64,000 nt of DNA, from assembly GCA_965216785.1 (NCBI GenBank), contig OZ244197.1, positions 320,001 to 384,000 of the forward strand, read 5' to 3'. Every line of letters begins with the position of its first letter. The first letter of the stretch is position 1. Below, one piece after another: positions 39,846-49,723 of the stretch. Source of the stretch: Thermodesulfobacteriota bacterium (GTDB lineage Bacteria > Desulfobacterota_D > UBA1144 > Nemesobacterales > UBA2774). Under the pieces are notes generated by a model that saw only the letters and a program-made list of their open reading frames with translations, was not told the origin of the DNA and made no database searches. The position numbers and the translations under genes are program-made.

Positions 39846-40603
39846 TGCTTTCAAAGAGAATTATTCCATGCCTTGACGTAAAAGACGGCAGAGTGGTAAA
39901 GGGCGTGAACTTCGTTAACCTTCGGGACGCGGGTGACCCGGTGGAGATAGCCAAGAAATACAGCGATGAAGGAGCGGACGAGGTGTGCTTCCTTGATATA
40001 ACGGCGTCTCATGAAGAGAGGAACACTATGATCGACGTCGTTGAGCGCACTGCAGGGCAGGTGTTCGTTCCTCTTACCGTAGGGGGTGGAGTAAGGACGC
40101 TCGAAGATGTAAGGGCATTGCTCCTGGCAGGAGCGGATAAGGTGTCTATAAACACCGCTGCCGTTAACAACCCTGAATTCGTTGCCGAGGCCGCACAAAG
40201 ATTCGGAAGCCAGTGCATTGTGGTGGCAATCGACGCAAGGAATACGGGCGAAGGGAAATGGGAAGTATATACGCACGGCGGTAGAAACCCGACGGGGATT
40301 GACGCTGTAGAGTGGGCTAAGAAAATGGAAGCTAACGGCGCGGGTGAAATACTGCTAACGAGTATGGATAAAGACGGCACAAAGTCCGGTTATGATCTTG
40401 AGCTTACAAGAGTGATATCGAGGAGTCTCAGCATTCCGATTATTGCCTCGGGGGGCGCGGGCACTCTTGAGCACCTGGCGGACGGCGTGAAAGACGGGGA
40501 AGCGGACGCTGTGCTTGTGGCATCGATCTTTCACTACGGCGAGCATACGATAGGAGAGGCGAAGGAGCACATGAAGGAAAGGGGAATCTCGGTAAGGGTG
40601 TAA
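39845..40603 (+). CDS. hisF: Imidazole glycerol phosphate synthase cyclase subunit
   Basis: [35 protein letters not shown]. Confidence 0.98.
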   Translation: MLSKRIIPCLDVKDGRVVKGVNFVNLRDAGDPVEIAKKYSDEGADEVCFLDITASHEERNTMIDVVERTAGQVFVPLTVGGGVRTLEDVRALLLAGADKVSINTAAVNNPEFVAEAAQRFGSQCIVVAIDARNTGEGKWEVYTHGGRNPTGIDAVEWAKKMEANGAGEILLTSMDKDGTKSGYDLELTRVISRSLSIPIIASGGAGTLEHLADGVKDGEADAVLVASIFHYGEHTIGEAKEHMKERGISVRV

Positions 40604-40615
40604 CGGGGCCAGTGA

Positions 40616-41665
40616 ATGAGTATTAGAGAGCAGACAGAAGAGATTGAAAAAAAGACGTTATCTTCCTTCGCATGTCTTAGCGTTAACTCAAAAGGCAGGG
40701 CCGAACCCGAAGAGAAGTGTTCCATAAGAACGGACTTTCAGAGGGACCGGGACAGAATAATCCACTCAAAATCATTCAGGAGAATGAAACATAAGACCCA
40801 GGTGTTTCTATCCCCTACGGACGATCACTATAGAACGAGACTTACGCACGTAATAGAGGTGGCGCAGATAGCGAGAACCATCTCGAAGGCGCTAAGGCTG
40901 AACGAGGACTTAACCGAGGCAATCGCGCTAGGGCATGACCTGGGGCACACACCTTTCGGTCATGCGGGCGAGAACGCTCTGAACGAAATATTCCCGGGAG
41001 GGTTTAAGCACGTGATACACAGCCTTAGGGTAGTTGACGTACTCGAGAAAGGCGGGCGCGGTCTTAACCTGACGCACGAAGTGCGCGACGGAATAGCAAA
41101 GCATTCAAAGGGGATGGGAAAACTAGATAACCCCAAATACAGAGCACAAACCCTTGAGGGCCAGGTGGTCAGGATCTCAGACCTTGTGGCTTACGCAAAC
41201 CACGACCTAGACGACTCTATCAGGGCGGGGATTATAACTTATGACGACCCGCCGAAAGAATGCATTGAAGCATTAGGGAAATCTACCTCTGAAAGAATAA
41301 ACACCATGGTTACCGACATAATAGGCGAGACCCTCAAAAACGGCGGGGACAAGATTTCCGTGAGCCCTGAAATAGAGCACGCGATGGTGGAGCTTCGAGG
41401 CTACTTATTTAACACCGTGTATATGAACGAGAAGATTAAGAATAATTTCCTTAAGGCTCAGAAAGTCATCAAGGAGTTATACGCTTATTTTTGCGAGAAC
41501 GAAGAGGAGTTCTGGGCGCTTTACAAGAAGAGCCCCAAGGAGGGTGAGACTCTCGAGCGCGCTGTGTGTGATTTTATTGCCGGTATGACGGATTCTTACG
41601 CAATATGGATATATGAAAGAATATTCCTGCCCAGGAGATGGCAGGGTGATATGAGCTCGTTTTAA
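40616..41665 (+). CDS. dgt: dGTP triphosphohydrolase-like HD protein
   Basis: RTDFQRDRDRIIHS, KTQVF, RTRLTH, HDLGHTPFGHAGE, DFIAGMTD. Confidence 0.93.
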   Translation: MSIREQTEEIEKKTLSSFACLSVNSKGRAEPEEKCSIRTDFQRDRDRIIHSKSFRRMKHKTQVFLSPTDDHYRTRLTHVIEVAQIARTISKALRLNEDLTEAIALGHDLGHTPFGHAGENALNEIFPGGFKHVIHSLRVVDVLEKGGRGLNLTHEVRDGIAKHSKGMGKLDNPKYRAQTLEGQVVRISDLVAYANHDLDDSIRAGIITYDDPPKECIEALGKSTSERINTMVTDIIGETLKNGGDKISVSPEIEHAMVELRGYLFNTVYMNEKIKNNFLKAQKVIKELYAYFCENEEEFWALYKKSPKEGETLERAVCDFIAGMTDSYAIWIYERIFLPRRWQGDMSSF

Positions 41666-41760
41666 GATTTAGATAGTCAGGTAACCTAAAGGCTTTACCA
41701 AACTTCTTTATCCAATAAAAAATAGTAACGGGATAAATTGCCGATCAATGGAATATATGG

Positions 41761-42582
41761 GTGAATACATTGCTTAGACTGGGTACGGTGTCTTTTCTGA
41801 ACTCTAAACCGCTTACGTACGCAATTGAGGAAAATTTAGTAGATAATGATTTTGAGCTCGTGGCGACGCCCCCCGCGGAGCTGTCGGTGAAACTGCATAG
41901 CAGCGAGCTGGACGTGGCTTTAATCCCCGTTGCGGAGCTTCTGAAGAGAAATAGTTACTCTGTCGTTCCCGGCATATCCATATCTTCAAAAGGGACAGTG
42001 GATAGCGTAATACTATTAACAAAGTGCAATATAGATGAAGTAAATAAAATTGCCGTGGATAAGAGATCTCAGAGCTCTACGGCGCTGCTGAGGATAATTC
42101 TTGAGAAATTCTATGATCTCTCGCCTGAGTATGAGTCCAGAAGATATAAGCCGGGTAATCTGGACGGGGAATTTTTAAAAGACGCGGACGGGGGTATGCT
42201 GATAGGGGACGCGGGTCTTGAGTATATGTATAATCCTCCAGAGGGGTACAGGGTGTATGACCTGGGGGATATATGGACCGAGCACACCGGGCTTGCTTTC
42301 GTATACGCGGTTTTTGCCGTAAACGAGGGAGTTGAGCTTGGCAAAAACCTGGAAGCGCTACAGAAATCGAAAGCCTACGGTCTGTCGAATCTCCAAAAGA
42401 TTGCAGAGCTTGGGTCCCGGGAAACCGGACTGAGCAGAGAAATATGCTTTAAGTACATAAGCCAGAGCATTCGGTATGATCTGGGGCAATATGAGATAAA
42501 TGGAATTATAAAATACAGCGAGCTTCTTTCAGAGCTCGGTATATGTGATAAAATCACGGGTCTGAATATGTACCCCGGATGA
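41761..42582 (+). CDS. mqnA: Chorismate dehydratase (futalosine pathway)
   Basis: VSFLNSKPL, GTVDSV, SQSSTAL, LIGDAGL, DLG..W...TGLAFVYAVF. Confidence 0.9.
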   Translation: MNTLLRLGTVSFLNSKPLTYAIEENLVDNDFELVATPPAELSVKLHSSELDVALIPVAELLKRNSYSVVPGISISSKGTVDSVILLTKCNIDEVNKIAVDKRSQSSTALLRIILEKFYDLSPEYESRRYKPGNLDGEFLKDADGGMLIGDAGLEYMYNPPEGYRVYDLGDIWTEHTGLAFVYAVFAVNEGVELGKNLEALQKSKAYGLSNLQKIAELGSRETGLSREICFKYISQSIRYDLGQYEINGIIKYSELLSELGICDKITGLNMYPG

Positions 42583-42608
42583 AATAAAGACAGCCAGGAG
42601 AAGATACG

Positions 42609-43442
42609 TTGAGCAAACTGAAAATGAAACTAGGGCACAGCCCGGACGCGGACGACGCGTTTATGTTTTACGCTATAGCAAAGCATAAAGTTCCTTCGGA
42701 CAGAATTGATTTCGAGCACGTAATCGAAGACATACAGTCGCTGAATAAACGGGCGCTGAACGCAGAGCTTGAGGTGACCGCAATATCGGCGCACGGATAC
42801 CTTTCGGTACAGGATAATTACAGAATAATGTCGTGCGGGGCAAGCATGGGTGAAGGGTACGGCCCGATTGTGGTGTCCAAAGAGCCGATAGATACGCTGG
42901 AGGGTAAAAAGATCGGGGTTCCCGGAAAACTTACCTCGGCGTTTTTACTACTCAGTATTTTTGAAGACGGTTTTATACCCGTAGAGATGGCGTTTGATGA
43001 AATAATGCCCGCGGTCGAGAACGGGGAAATAGAAACAGGGCTACTGATACACGAGGGGCAGCTTACATACGAAGAGGCGGGACTGCACATATACGCAGAC
43101 ATTGGTGAGCTCTGGGCAAAAGAAACGGATTTGCCTCTTCCTCTGGGGTTAAACGTCGTTAGGCGTGATTTTGATGAAGAGCTTCAGCGAGAGATTCTGA
43201 GAGTCCATAAAGAGAGCATTGAGTATGGTCTGGCACATAAGGAAGAGGCCCTTGAATACGCAATGGAATACGGAAGGGGAATGGAAGAAGAGGTCGGAGA
43301 GAAATTCGTTCTAATGTACGTAAACGAATATACAATTGATCTTGGTGAAAAAGGTAAGGCGGCACTCGAATATTTATTTAAAAGGGCGCACGACAAAGGT
43401 ATAATCGAAAAAGAAGCAAGGCTCGATATACTGGAGCCCTGA
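42609..43442 (+). CDS. mqnD: 1,4-dihydroxy-6-naphthoate synthase
   Basis: GHSPDADDAFMFY, GASMGEGYGP, LIHEGQLTY, LPLPLG, MYVN. Confidence 0.92.
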   Translation: MSKLKMKLGHSPDADDAFMFYAIAKHKVPSDRIDFEHVIEDIQSLNKRALNAELEVTAISAHGYLSVQDNYRIMSCGASMGEGYGPIVVSKEPIDTLEGKKIGVPGKLTSAFLLLSIFEDGFIPVEMAFDEIMPAVENGEIETGLLIHEGQLTYEEAGLHIYADIGELWAKETDLPLPLGLNVVRRDFDEELQREILRVHKESIEYGLAHKEEALEYAMEYGRGMEEEVGEKFVLMYVNEYTIDLGEKGKAALEYLFKRAHDKGIIEKEARLDILEP

Positions 43443-43469
43443 AATCTGATTTCATAAACAGAAGGGATC

Positions 43470-44903
43470 ATGCCTCAAGAATTCGGGTTTTTGACAAACG
43501 GAAAATGGCTTAAGAGCAAAACAAAGAAGGAGATAAAAAGCCCTTATAACGACGAAGTAGCGGGCGTGATAAATATCCCCGATTTGGAAACCGCTGTTGA
43601 GTCCGTGGATTATGCGGAAAAAGCATATACCGAGACTAGAAAAAGCCCCTCACATCTTAGAAGAAGAATTCTGGACGAGATCGCCCGCGGAATCGGGGAA
43701 AGAAAAGAGGAATTCGCAAAAGCCCTTGTGCTAGAAGGCGGGAAACCTCTCAAGACAGCAAGGGTGGAAGTGGACCGCGCTATAACGACTTTCTCGATAG
43801 CTTCAGAGGAAACAAACAAGTTCGGCGAGGGCGAGCTTGTGCCCATAGACACCGTAGCCGGAAATGAGGGAATGTTCGGTATCACCAGGAGGTTCCCGCT
43901 CGGGGTAGTAATGGGAATATCCCCCTTTAATTTCCCTTTAAATTTAGTAGCTCATAAAGTGGCCCCGGCAATCGCGTGCGGCAACACTATGCTGCTGAAA
44001 CCAGCTTCACAGACTCCTATATCCGCACTCATGCTCGGGGAGATAGTAGCGGAGTCAGACCTTCCCCCGGGCGCGCTTAATATCCTGCCGCTTCCCGGAG
44101 CGTCGATAGAACCTGTGATGGATGACCCGCGGATAAAAAAAGTATCGTTCACTGGGAGCGATGAAGTCGGTTGGGAGCTGATGAAAAAGTATACTAAGAA
44201 AAAAGTGACGCTCGAGCTTGGCGGGAACGCGGCTGTAATAATTGATGAAGACCCTCCGGACCTGGATTTCGCAGCCAAGAGAAACGCTTGGGGAGCTTTC
44301 TATCAGGCGGGGCAGAGCTGTATATCGGTACAGAGAATGTATGTTCACGAGAAGATATTCGATGAGTATCTGGATAAATTCGTTACCGCTACGAAGGCGC
44401 TTAAGCTCGGAGATCCGATGCTCGAAGACACCGACATTGGCCCCGTGATTGACGATCATTCGGCTGAACGAATAGCGGCGTGGATAGATGAAGCGCTTGA
44501 GAAAGGAGCTGAGCTGATAACGGGAGGCGGGAGAGACGGGAGAATGATCGAGCCGACGGTATTAACTAATGTTCCGCTCGACGCGAATGTTTCCTGCAGC
44601 GAAGTGTTCGGCCCAGTAGTTCAGGTCGAAAAATACAGCGACTTTGACCTCGCACTCGAGCTGGCCAACAACACGCGCTACGGTCTTCAAGCAGGTTTGT
44701 TCACCAAGGATATGCAAAGGGCGTTCAAAGCTTATGAGACACTTGAAGTGGGAGGGGTAGTAGTTAACGATTACCCGAGCTTCAGGGTTGAAAACATGCC
44801 CTACGGCGGCGTCAAGGACTCGGGAGTCGGCAGGGAAGGACTCCGTTACGCAATAGAGGAAATGACCGAGTTAAAACTGATGGTAGTGAATTTGAATTAC
44901 TGA
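43470..44903 (+). CDS. Aldehyde dehydrogenase (ALDH21 / lactaldehyde dehydrogenase-like branch)
   Basis: ISPFNFPLNLVAHKVAPA, FTGS, LELGGN, AGQSCISVQR, EVFGP, MPYGGVKDSG. Confidence 0.9.
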   Translation: MPQEFGFLTNGKWLKSKTKKEIKSPYNDEVAGVINIPDLETAVESVDYAEKAYTETRKSPSHLRRRILDEIARGIGERKEEFAKALVLEGGKPLKTARVEVDRAITTFSIASEETNKFGEGELVPIDTVAGNEGMFGITRRFPLGVVMGISPFNFPLNLVAHKVAPAIACGNTMLLKPASQTPISALMLGEIVAESDLPPGALNILPLPGASIEPVMDDPRIKKVSFTGSDEVGWELMKKYTKKKVTLELGGNAAVIIDEDPPDLDFAAKRNAWGAFYQAGQSCISVQRMYVHEKIFDEYLDKFVTATKALKLGDPMLEDTDIGPVIDDHSAERIAAWIDEALEKGAELITGGGRDGRMIEPTVLTNVPLDANVSCSEVFGPVVQVEKYSDFDLALELANNTRYGLQAGLFTKDMQRAFKAYETLEVGGVVVNDYPSFRVENMPYGGVKDSGVGREGLRYAIEEMTELKLMVVNLNY

Positions 44904-44933
44904 GCTTAATTACAGAAGGGACTTAAAAAGAAC

Positions 44934-45587
44934 TTATCCGGCTTTTTTACCAATAAAATTCAAACCCGACAGAACTTCTAAAGTCTTATTATTACTTTTC
45001 CTAGATAAAAATTCTGCTAAATCCTCCGGCTGGTCTATATCAAGAGCAATCCTTGGGTTCCTATGGGTATCAAAGGGAATTCCCTTCTCCGTAGCCTCAT
45101 CCATGTGCTTTCTGAAGCTATCGTCACCGAACCTTGAGGGAATCGAATCTGGAGGTTTTCTCAATATAGCGTTAGTGCCGAAGTCGTCTCTTGCAGGAAC
45201 GAGAATTACAGAAGGGGATTCGCTCTCTTTCTCAAGAACAGAATCAATATCCTGTGAAGTAATCAGAGGAGCGTCTCCGGGGATAACGAGAACAGACTCA
45301 GCCCCCTTATCCATACAAACCCTGGAGGCGTAATCCACAGAGTGGCTTTCACCCTTCTGCTCGGTTTCCTCTATCACCTCTATACCGTAAGAGAGCGCGA
45401 TCTCGATGGCTCGGCGGTCCATGGTGACGATGAATCGACGGTCTGCGAGTTTTGAGCCTTGTACCGCAATCAGCACGTCCTCAAGCATGGCATAGGCAAG
45501 AGCAGTCCTGTCTTCCTGAGACAGTATGGAGGATAATCTCTCCTTGGCTTTAGACAGGTCCTTTACGGGAACTATGACAAATTTCAT
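44934..45587 (-). CDS. cofC: 2-phospho-L-lactate / PEP guanylyltransferase (F420 biosynthesis)
   Basis: IVPVKDLSKAKERLS, AMLEDV, IPGDAP, GTNA, FG.DSF..H, LDIDQPEDL. Confidence 0.9.
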   Translation of the reverse strand: MKFVIVPVKDLSKAKERLSSILSQEDRTALAYAMLEDVLIAVQGSKLADRRFIVTMDRRAIEIALSYGIEVIEETEQKGESHSVDYASRVCMDKGAESVLVIPGDAPLITSQDIDSVLEKESESPSVILVPARDDFGTNAILRKPPDSIPSRFGDDSFRKHMDEATEKGIPFDTHRNPRIALDIDQPEDLAEFLSRKSNNKTLEVLSGLNFIGKKAG

Positions 45588-45781
45588 ATTCACTCAATGT
45601 TAGACTAAATTTAGTATCTTTCCGATTCACATATTAGCATCATAAGATGAACCGGAAGAACGATATAATACCCAAATTAAATTAATTCTACAGACTAGCT
45701 ACTTAGGAGCCGATATGGAAAATTTCTTAGTCATTGGCTAATGGCGCTAATCACAAGTTATAATTCTCCCGGAGCTTTATC

Positions 45782-48670
45782 ATGCAAAAGGACGCACTTT
45801 ACCAAGACCTTGAAGACTCCCTCAAAAAAGAGCTAAGGGGAGAGGTGCGTTTCGATAAGATAAGTAAGATCCTTTACAGCACTGACGCGAGCAATTATAA
45901 GATTGAGCCGATCGGGCTGGTAATACCAAAAACGGTCGAGGATGTAATTGCGGCGGTGAGAGTCTCCGCAAGCTACGGAGTCCCTATACTACCGAGAGGC
46001 GGGGGCACAAGCCTGACGGGTCAGTCCATAGGGCACGCGGTGATCATAGATTTTTCCAAATACTTAAACAAGGTCATAGATGTCGATAGGGATTCAAGGA
46101 CAGCGCGAGCGCAGCCGGGCATATACCTCGATAACCTGAACCGTGAGCTAAGAGCACACGGCTTGATGTTCGGTCCCGACCCCTCTTCCTCGAAGGTTGC
46201 GACGCTTGGGGGCGTGGTAGGGACCAACGCCACGGGAGCTCATTCTATCCTCTACGGAATGGCGGGAGACAACGTCCTGGCTTCAAAGATAATATCGGCT
46301 GAAGGCGATATTTTCGACTTACACGCTGTTACGAAAAAAGAGCTCACACCAAAATTAAAAGAGAATGATGCAGCCGCGCTACTTTACACAAAGCTTCAAG
46401 GGCTCAGAAACAAATATTCTGATATTATTGAAAACAATTTCCCCCGTCACTGGCGGCGCTCATCGGGCTACAGCTTAAATTACATGCTCGAGGAGCCGTT
46501 CAACCCCTCTAAACTGCTCGCGGGATCCGAAGGGTCACTCGCTATTCAATCTGAATTCACGCTGAAGCTCGAGCCACTGCCCAAGCTTACAGGTCTTGCA
46601 GTACTTCAATTCGAGGACTTTACGGGAGCCATGGAGTCGGTCCCCTTTATACTCGAGCACGGACCCTCGGCAATTGAACTGATAGACAGCACTTTGATAG
46701 AACTTACGAGAGAGCACAGAGGGTTTTCCTCCATGCTCTCCTTTGTAGACGGCAGTCCTGAGGCTATTTTAGCCGTAGAGTTTTACGGAACGAGTGAAAA
46801 AGAAATCGGAAAGAAAACTAAAAACCTCATATACGCGCTCAAGAGGAGAAATACCCGCTTTAGCGCAAGCACCGCGCTTACGCCCAAAGCGCAGGCAAAC
46901 GTGTGGAACGTAAGGAAGGCGGGGCTCGGGCTCCTGGTGAGTAAGCCGGGAGAGTTTAAGCCCATAGCCTGTATAGAAGACGTATCCGTTCCGGTGGATA
47001 AGCTGGCCGAATATGCCCGCAGCATTAAGCGACTCACAAACAAGCTCGGCTCGAGGGCCGCATTTTACGGACACGCGAGCGCCGGCTGCCTGCACGTAAG
47101 ACCCTTCGTCAATCTGAAAACGAGCGGCGGAGTCAGGATTATGGAAGAGCTGAGCGAAGAAGCGCTTAAGCTTACGGAAAAACTGGGGGGCGTAATGAGC
47201 GGTGAGCACGGGGACGGCGTTCAGAGAAGCTATTTAAACGAGCGGCTTTTCGGAGATGAGTTATATGGAGCCATGAAGGAGCTGAAGAGCGCATTTGACC
47301 CTGAAGCAAGACTCAATCCCGGTAAGATTGTTGAGCCGTTATCTCCAGCTCAGAACCTGCGCTACGGAGCAGCTTATGAAACAATAAAACTGAAAACAAA
47401 CCTGGATTGGTCTCTTGATGCTGGATTTGACCGTGCTGTAGAAATGTGCAACGGACAGGGAGTGTGCAGGAAGCTGGATGAGGGCATAATGTGCCCCTCT
47501 TACAAGGCGACACGTGACGAGAAAGACACCACAAGAGCAAGGGCGAACGCGCTTAGGGCCGTACTGTCGGGGGGGCTATCCAAAGAGGCGCTTACGAGCA
47601 AAGAAATGTATGAAATCTATGATCTGTGTATATCCTGTAAGGCTTGTAAGACGGAGTGCCCTTCGAAGGTGGATGCGGCAAAGATGAAGCTTGAATTCCT
47701 GAGTCATTATAATAAATCGCACGGGCTCTCTTTAAGACGGCGGCTTTTCGGACACGTTCATGATCTGAGCAAATACTCTTCGCGTATCCCACAACTATCA
47801 AACCTAATGATAGACAACCCCGTAACCAAGACAATACTGTCCAAAATGGGAATCGCGTTTGAGCGTACTCTCCCCTTGGTGTCGACCGAAAATTTTGCCG
47901 CCTGGTTTAAGAGGAGAAACAGGCGCGCAGAAAATTACAATGGGAAGAAGGTGGTCTATTTTCACGATACGTGGGCTTCTTATTACATGCCCGAAGCAGG
48001 AAAAGCAGCGGTAAGGCTTCTGGAAGCCGCGGGGTTTGAAGTTGTACTGGAAGAGAAAAGGGTATGTTGCGGGAGGCCGATGCTGAGTGAAGGGATGGTG
48101 GAAGAGGCGCGAGAGTTGTCGTGGAAAAATGTATCTACACTGCTTCCTTACGTAAACGAAGGAATTCCTATAGTCGGCACTGAGCCAAGCTGTATTTTGA
48201 CTTTCAGGGACGAGTACCTGTACCTGCTGCCCGAAGATAAATACGCAAAGACCCTGGCTGATAACAGCTATCTATTGGACGAGTTTTTGTACGGCCTTTA
48301 TAAAAAAGGGGAGCTCGACATTAAGTGGAAAGACGACGGACCCGAGGTTATTTATCACGGGCACTGTCACGAGCGCTCGATGGTCGGAGACGATAGCGCG
48401 CTAGAGCTTCTGGAGCTATCGGGGTGCAGAGTGGAGCCGAGCGGCGGTGGCTGCTGTGGAATGGCGGGCGGCTTTGGGTATGAGAGCGAGCACTACGGCG
48501 TCTCTCGCGCCATTGGAGAAGACAGGTTGTTCCCGAAGGTTAAAGAGGCGGGCTACGACACCGTAATCGCAGTTTCGGGCTTTTCTTGCGGACATCAGAT
48601 TGAGCATTTTACAGCAAGACAAACGAAACATATAAGCATGGTTCTGGCCGATCAGCTGAGAGAAAGCTGA
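45782..48670 (+). CDS. FAD-binding + Fe-S oxidoreductase (GlcD-GlcF fusion, 2-hydroxyacid dehydrogenase-like)
   Basis: PRGGGTSLTGQ, GHASAGCLH, SGEHGDG, CNGQGVC, CISCKACKTECP, CCG motifs. Confidence 0.9.
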   Translation: MQKDALYQDLEDSLKKELRGEVRFDKISKILYSTDASNYKIEPIGLVIPKTVEDVIAAVRVSASYGVPILPRGGGTSLTGQSIGHAVIIDFSKYLNKVIDVDRDSRTARAQPGIYLDNLNRELRAHGLMFGPDPSSSKVATLGGVVGTNATGAHSILYGMAGDNVLASKIISAEGDIFDLHAVTKKELTPKLKENDAAALLYTKLQGLRNKYSDIIENNFPRHWRRSSGYSLNYMLEEPFNPSKLLAGSEGSLAIQSEFTLKLEPLPKLTGLAVLQFEDFTGAMESVPFILEHGPSAIELIDSTLIELTREHRGFSSMLSFVDGSPEAILAVEFYGTSEKEIGKKTKNLIYALKRRNTRFSASTALTPKAQANVWNVRKAGLGLLVSKPGEFKPIACIEDVSVPVDKLAEYARSIKRLTNKLGSRAAFYGHASAGCLHVRPFVNLKTSGGVRIMEELSEEALKLTEKLGGVMSGEHGDGVQRSYLNERLFGDELYGAMKELKSAFDPEARLNPGKIVEPLSPAQNLRYGAAYETIKLKTNLDWSLDAGFDRAVEMCNGQGVCRKLDEGIMCPSYKATRDEKDTTRARANALRAVLSGGLSKEALTSKEMYEIYDLCISCKACKTECPSKVDAAKMKLEFLSHYNKSHGLSLRRRLFGHVHDLSKYSSRIPQLSNLMIDNPVTKTILSKMGIAFERTLPLVSTENFAAWFKRRNRRAENYNGKKVVYFHDTWASYYMPEAGKAAVRLLEAAGFEVVLEEKRVCCGRPMLSEGMVEEARELSWKNVSTLLPYVNEGIPIVGTEPSCILTFRDEYLYLLPEDKYAKTLADNSYLLDEFLYGLYKKGELDIKWKDDGPEVIYHGHCHERSMVGDDSALELLELSGCRVEPSGGGCCGMAGGFGYESEHYGVSRAIGEDRLFPKVKEAGYDTVIAVSGFSCGHQIEHFTARQTKHISMVLADQLRES

Positions 48671-49713
48671 GAGATAAAATCCTGCATAAACTGTACTAGT
48701 TTTTCAAAACCCTCAGGTGACGATACGGGGCTTCTCAGCTCCCGTACTATCTCGAGCTGCATTGAAGGAACACCGAGATTCCTTGCCGCATACTTAGTTA
48801 CTGTCATCTGCCTAGCAGCCGGAAAGACGTCCTCACCGCCGATACTAACGCCCAAAGAGACTGATGAGCTTAAGAGCGCATCGAAATAATGCTCTTTACC
48901 GAGCAGGAACTCTCTTGCCTCACCTGTGCCGGGGAATACCTCGGCACTCCGCCCGGGCCCTGTGCCGTGGAGATCGACCAGGAACTTAAAATCCGCTCTG
49001 CCGCTTATCTCTAAGAGTTTTTCCTTGAAGGGTGAGTCATCATAGTAGTTCGGATCGATTTGAGAGAGACTATTCGTATATAAAACATGACACCCCATAG
49101 TGTTGTGTAGGAGGGAGGAAAGGGCTCCGGTGAAAAACTCCTGACGCTTAAGCTTCCCCATACGCACATGGGCCGTAGCGTGTGGGGCCGTAATAAGGAC
49201 CGGCACATTTCCGCTTATGTATATTTGCTGATCCGAACTGTTTGAGAACTGCTCTTTATATGCCTTTTCCTGTAGATTCTCAAAATTTACGGCAAACGCC
49301 GTTGGGTCTGTTTTAGCAAGAGATGAGTACCGTCTCCAGGAGCCATCTTCGATTTTGTTCTCAAAAGTAGTCTTGGCTTTGAGTGAAGCTCCCGCACGGT
49401 AACTGAAAAATTGTATGCCGTCATGGCTTAGCAGAACCCTCTCGAACAAACCCGAATCTACATGCTCTACAAGATCGAGCTCTTGCAGCTTCCCCTCGGG
49501 GTCGGGCATATGATAAAGCTCGCCGGAGATAGTATCGTCTGATCCGGGGTCAAACGTCGCTGCCGGGTAGCGGCTGCCCATATCGTATAGACTTCCGGGA
49601 ACTTCAAGGACTCCTATAAGACGGCAATCACTCATGTAGTGACACCTCTTCTCACCCTTGAGAAGAGTTCCATATACAAAAAGGGTTTTGCATAAGTCCG
49701 TCATTTCTGCCAT
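48652..49713 (-). CDS. Fusion of gamma-glutamylcyclotransferase domain with N-formylglutamate amidohydrolase / PGA-hydrolase-like domain
   Basis: N-terminal LFVYGTL...YPA...GELY...LDLVE; C-terminal ITAPH...E..TG...DLHG...QLEI. Confidence 0.75.
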   Translation of the reverse strand: MAEMTDLCKTLFVYGTLLKGEKRCHYMSDCRLIGVLEVPGSLYDMGSRYPAATFDPGSDDTISGELYHMPDPEGKLQELDLVEHVDSGLFERVLLSHDGIQFFSYRAGASLKAKTTFENKIEDGSWRRYSSLAKTDPTAFAVNFENLQEKAYKEQFSNSSDQQIYISGNVPVLITAPHATAHVRMGKLKRQEFFTGALSSLLHNTMGCHVLYTNSLSQIDPNYYDDSPFKEKLLEISGRADFKFLVDLHGTGPGRSAEVFPGTGEAREFLLGKEHYFDALLSSSVSLGVSIGGEDVFPAARQMTVTKYAARNLGVPSMQLEIVRELRSPVSSPEGFEKLVQFMQDFISQLSLS

Positions 49714-49723
49714 ATGATAAACA

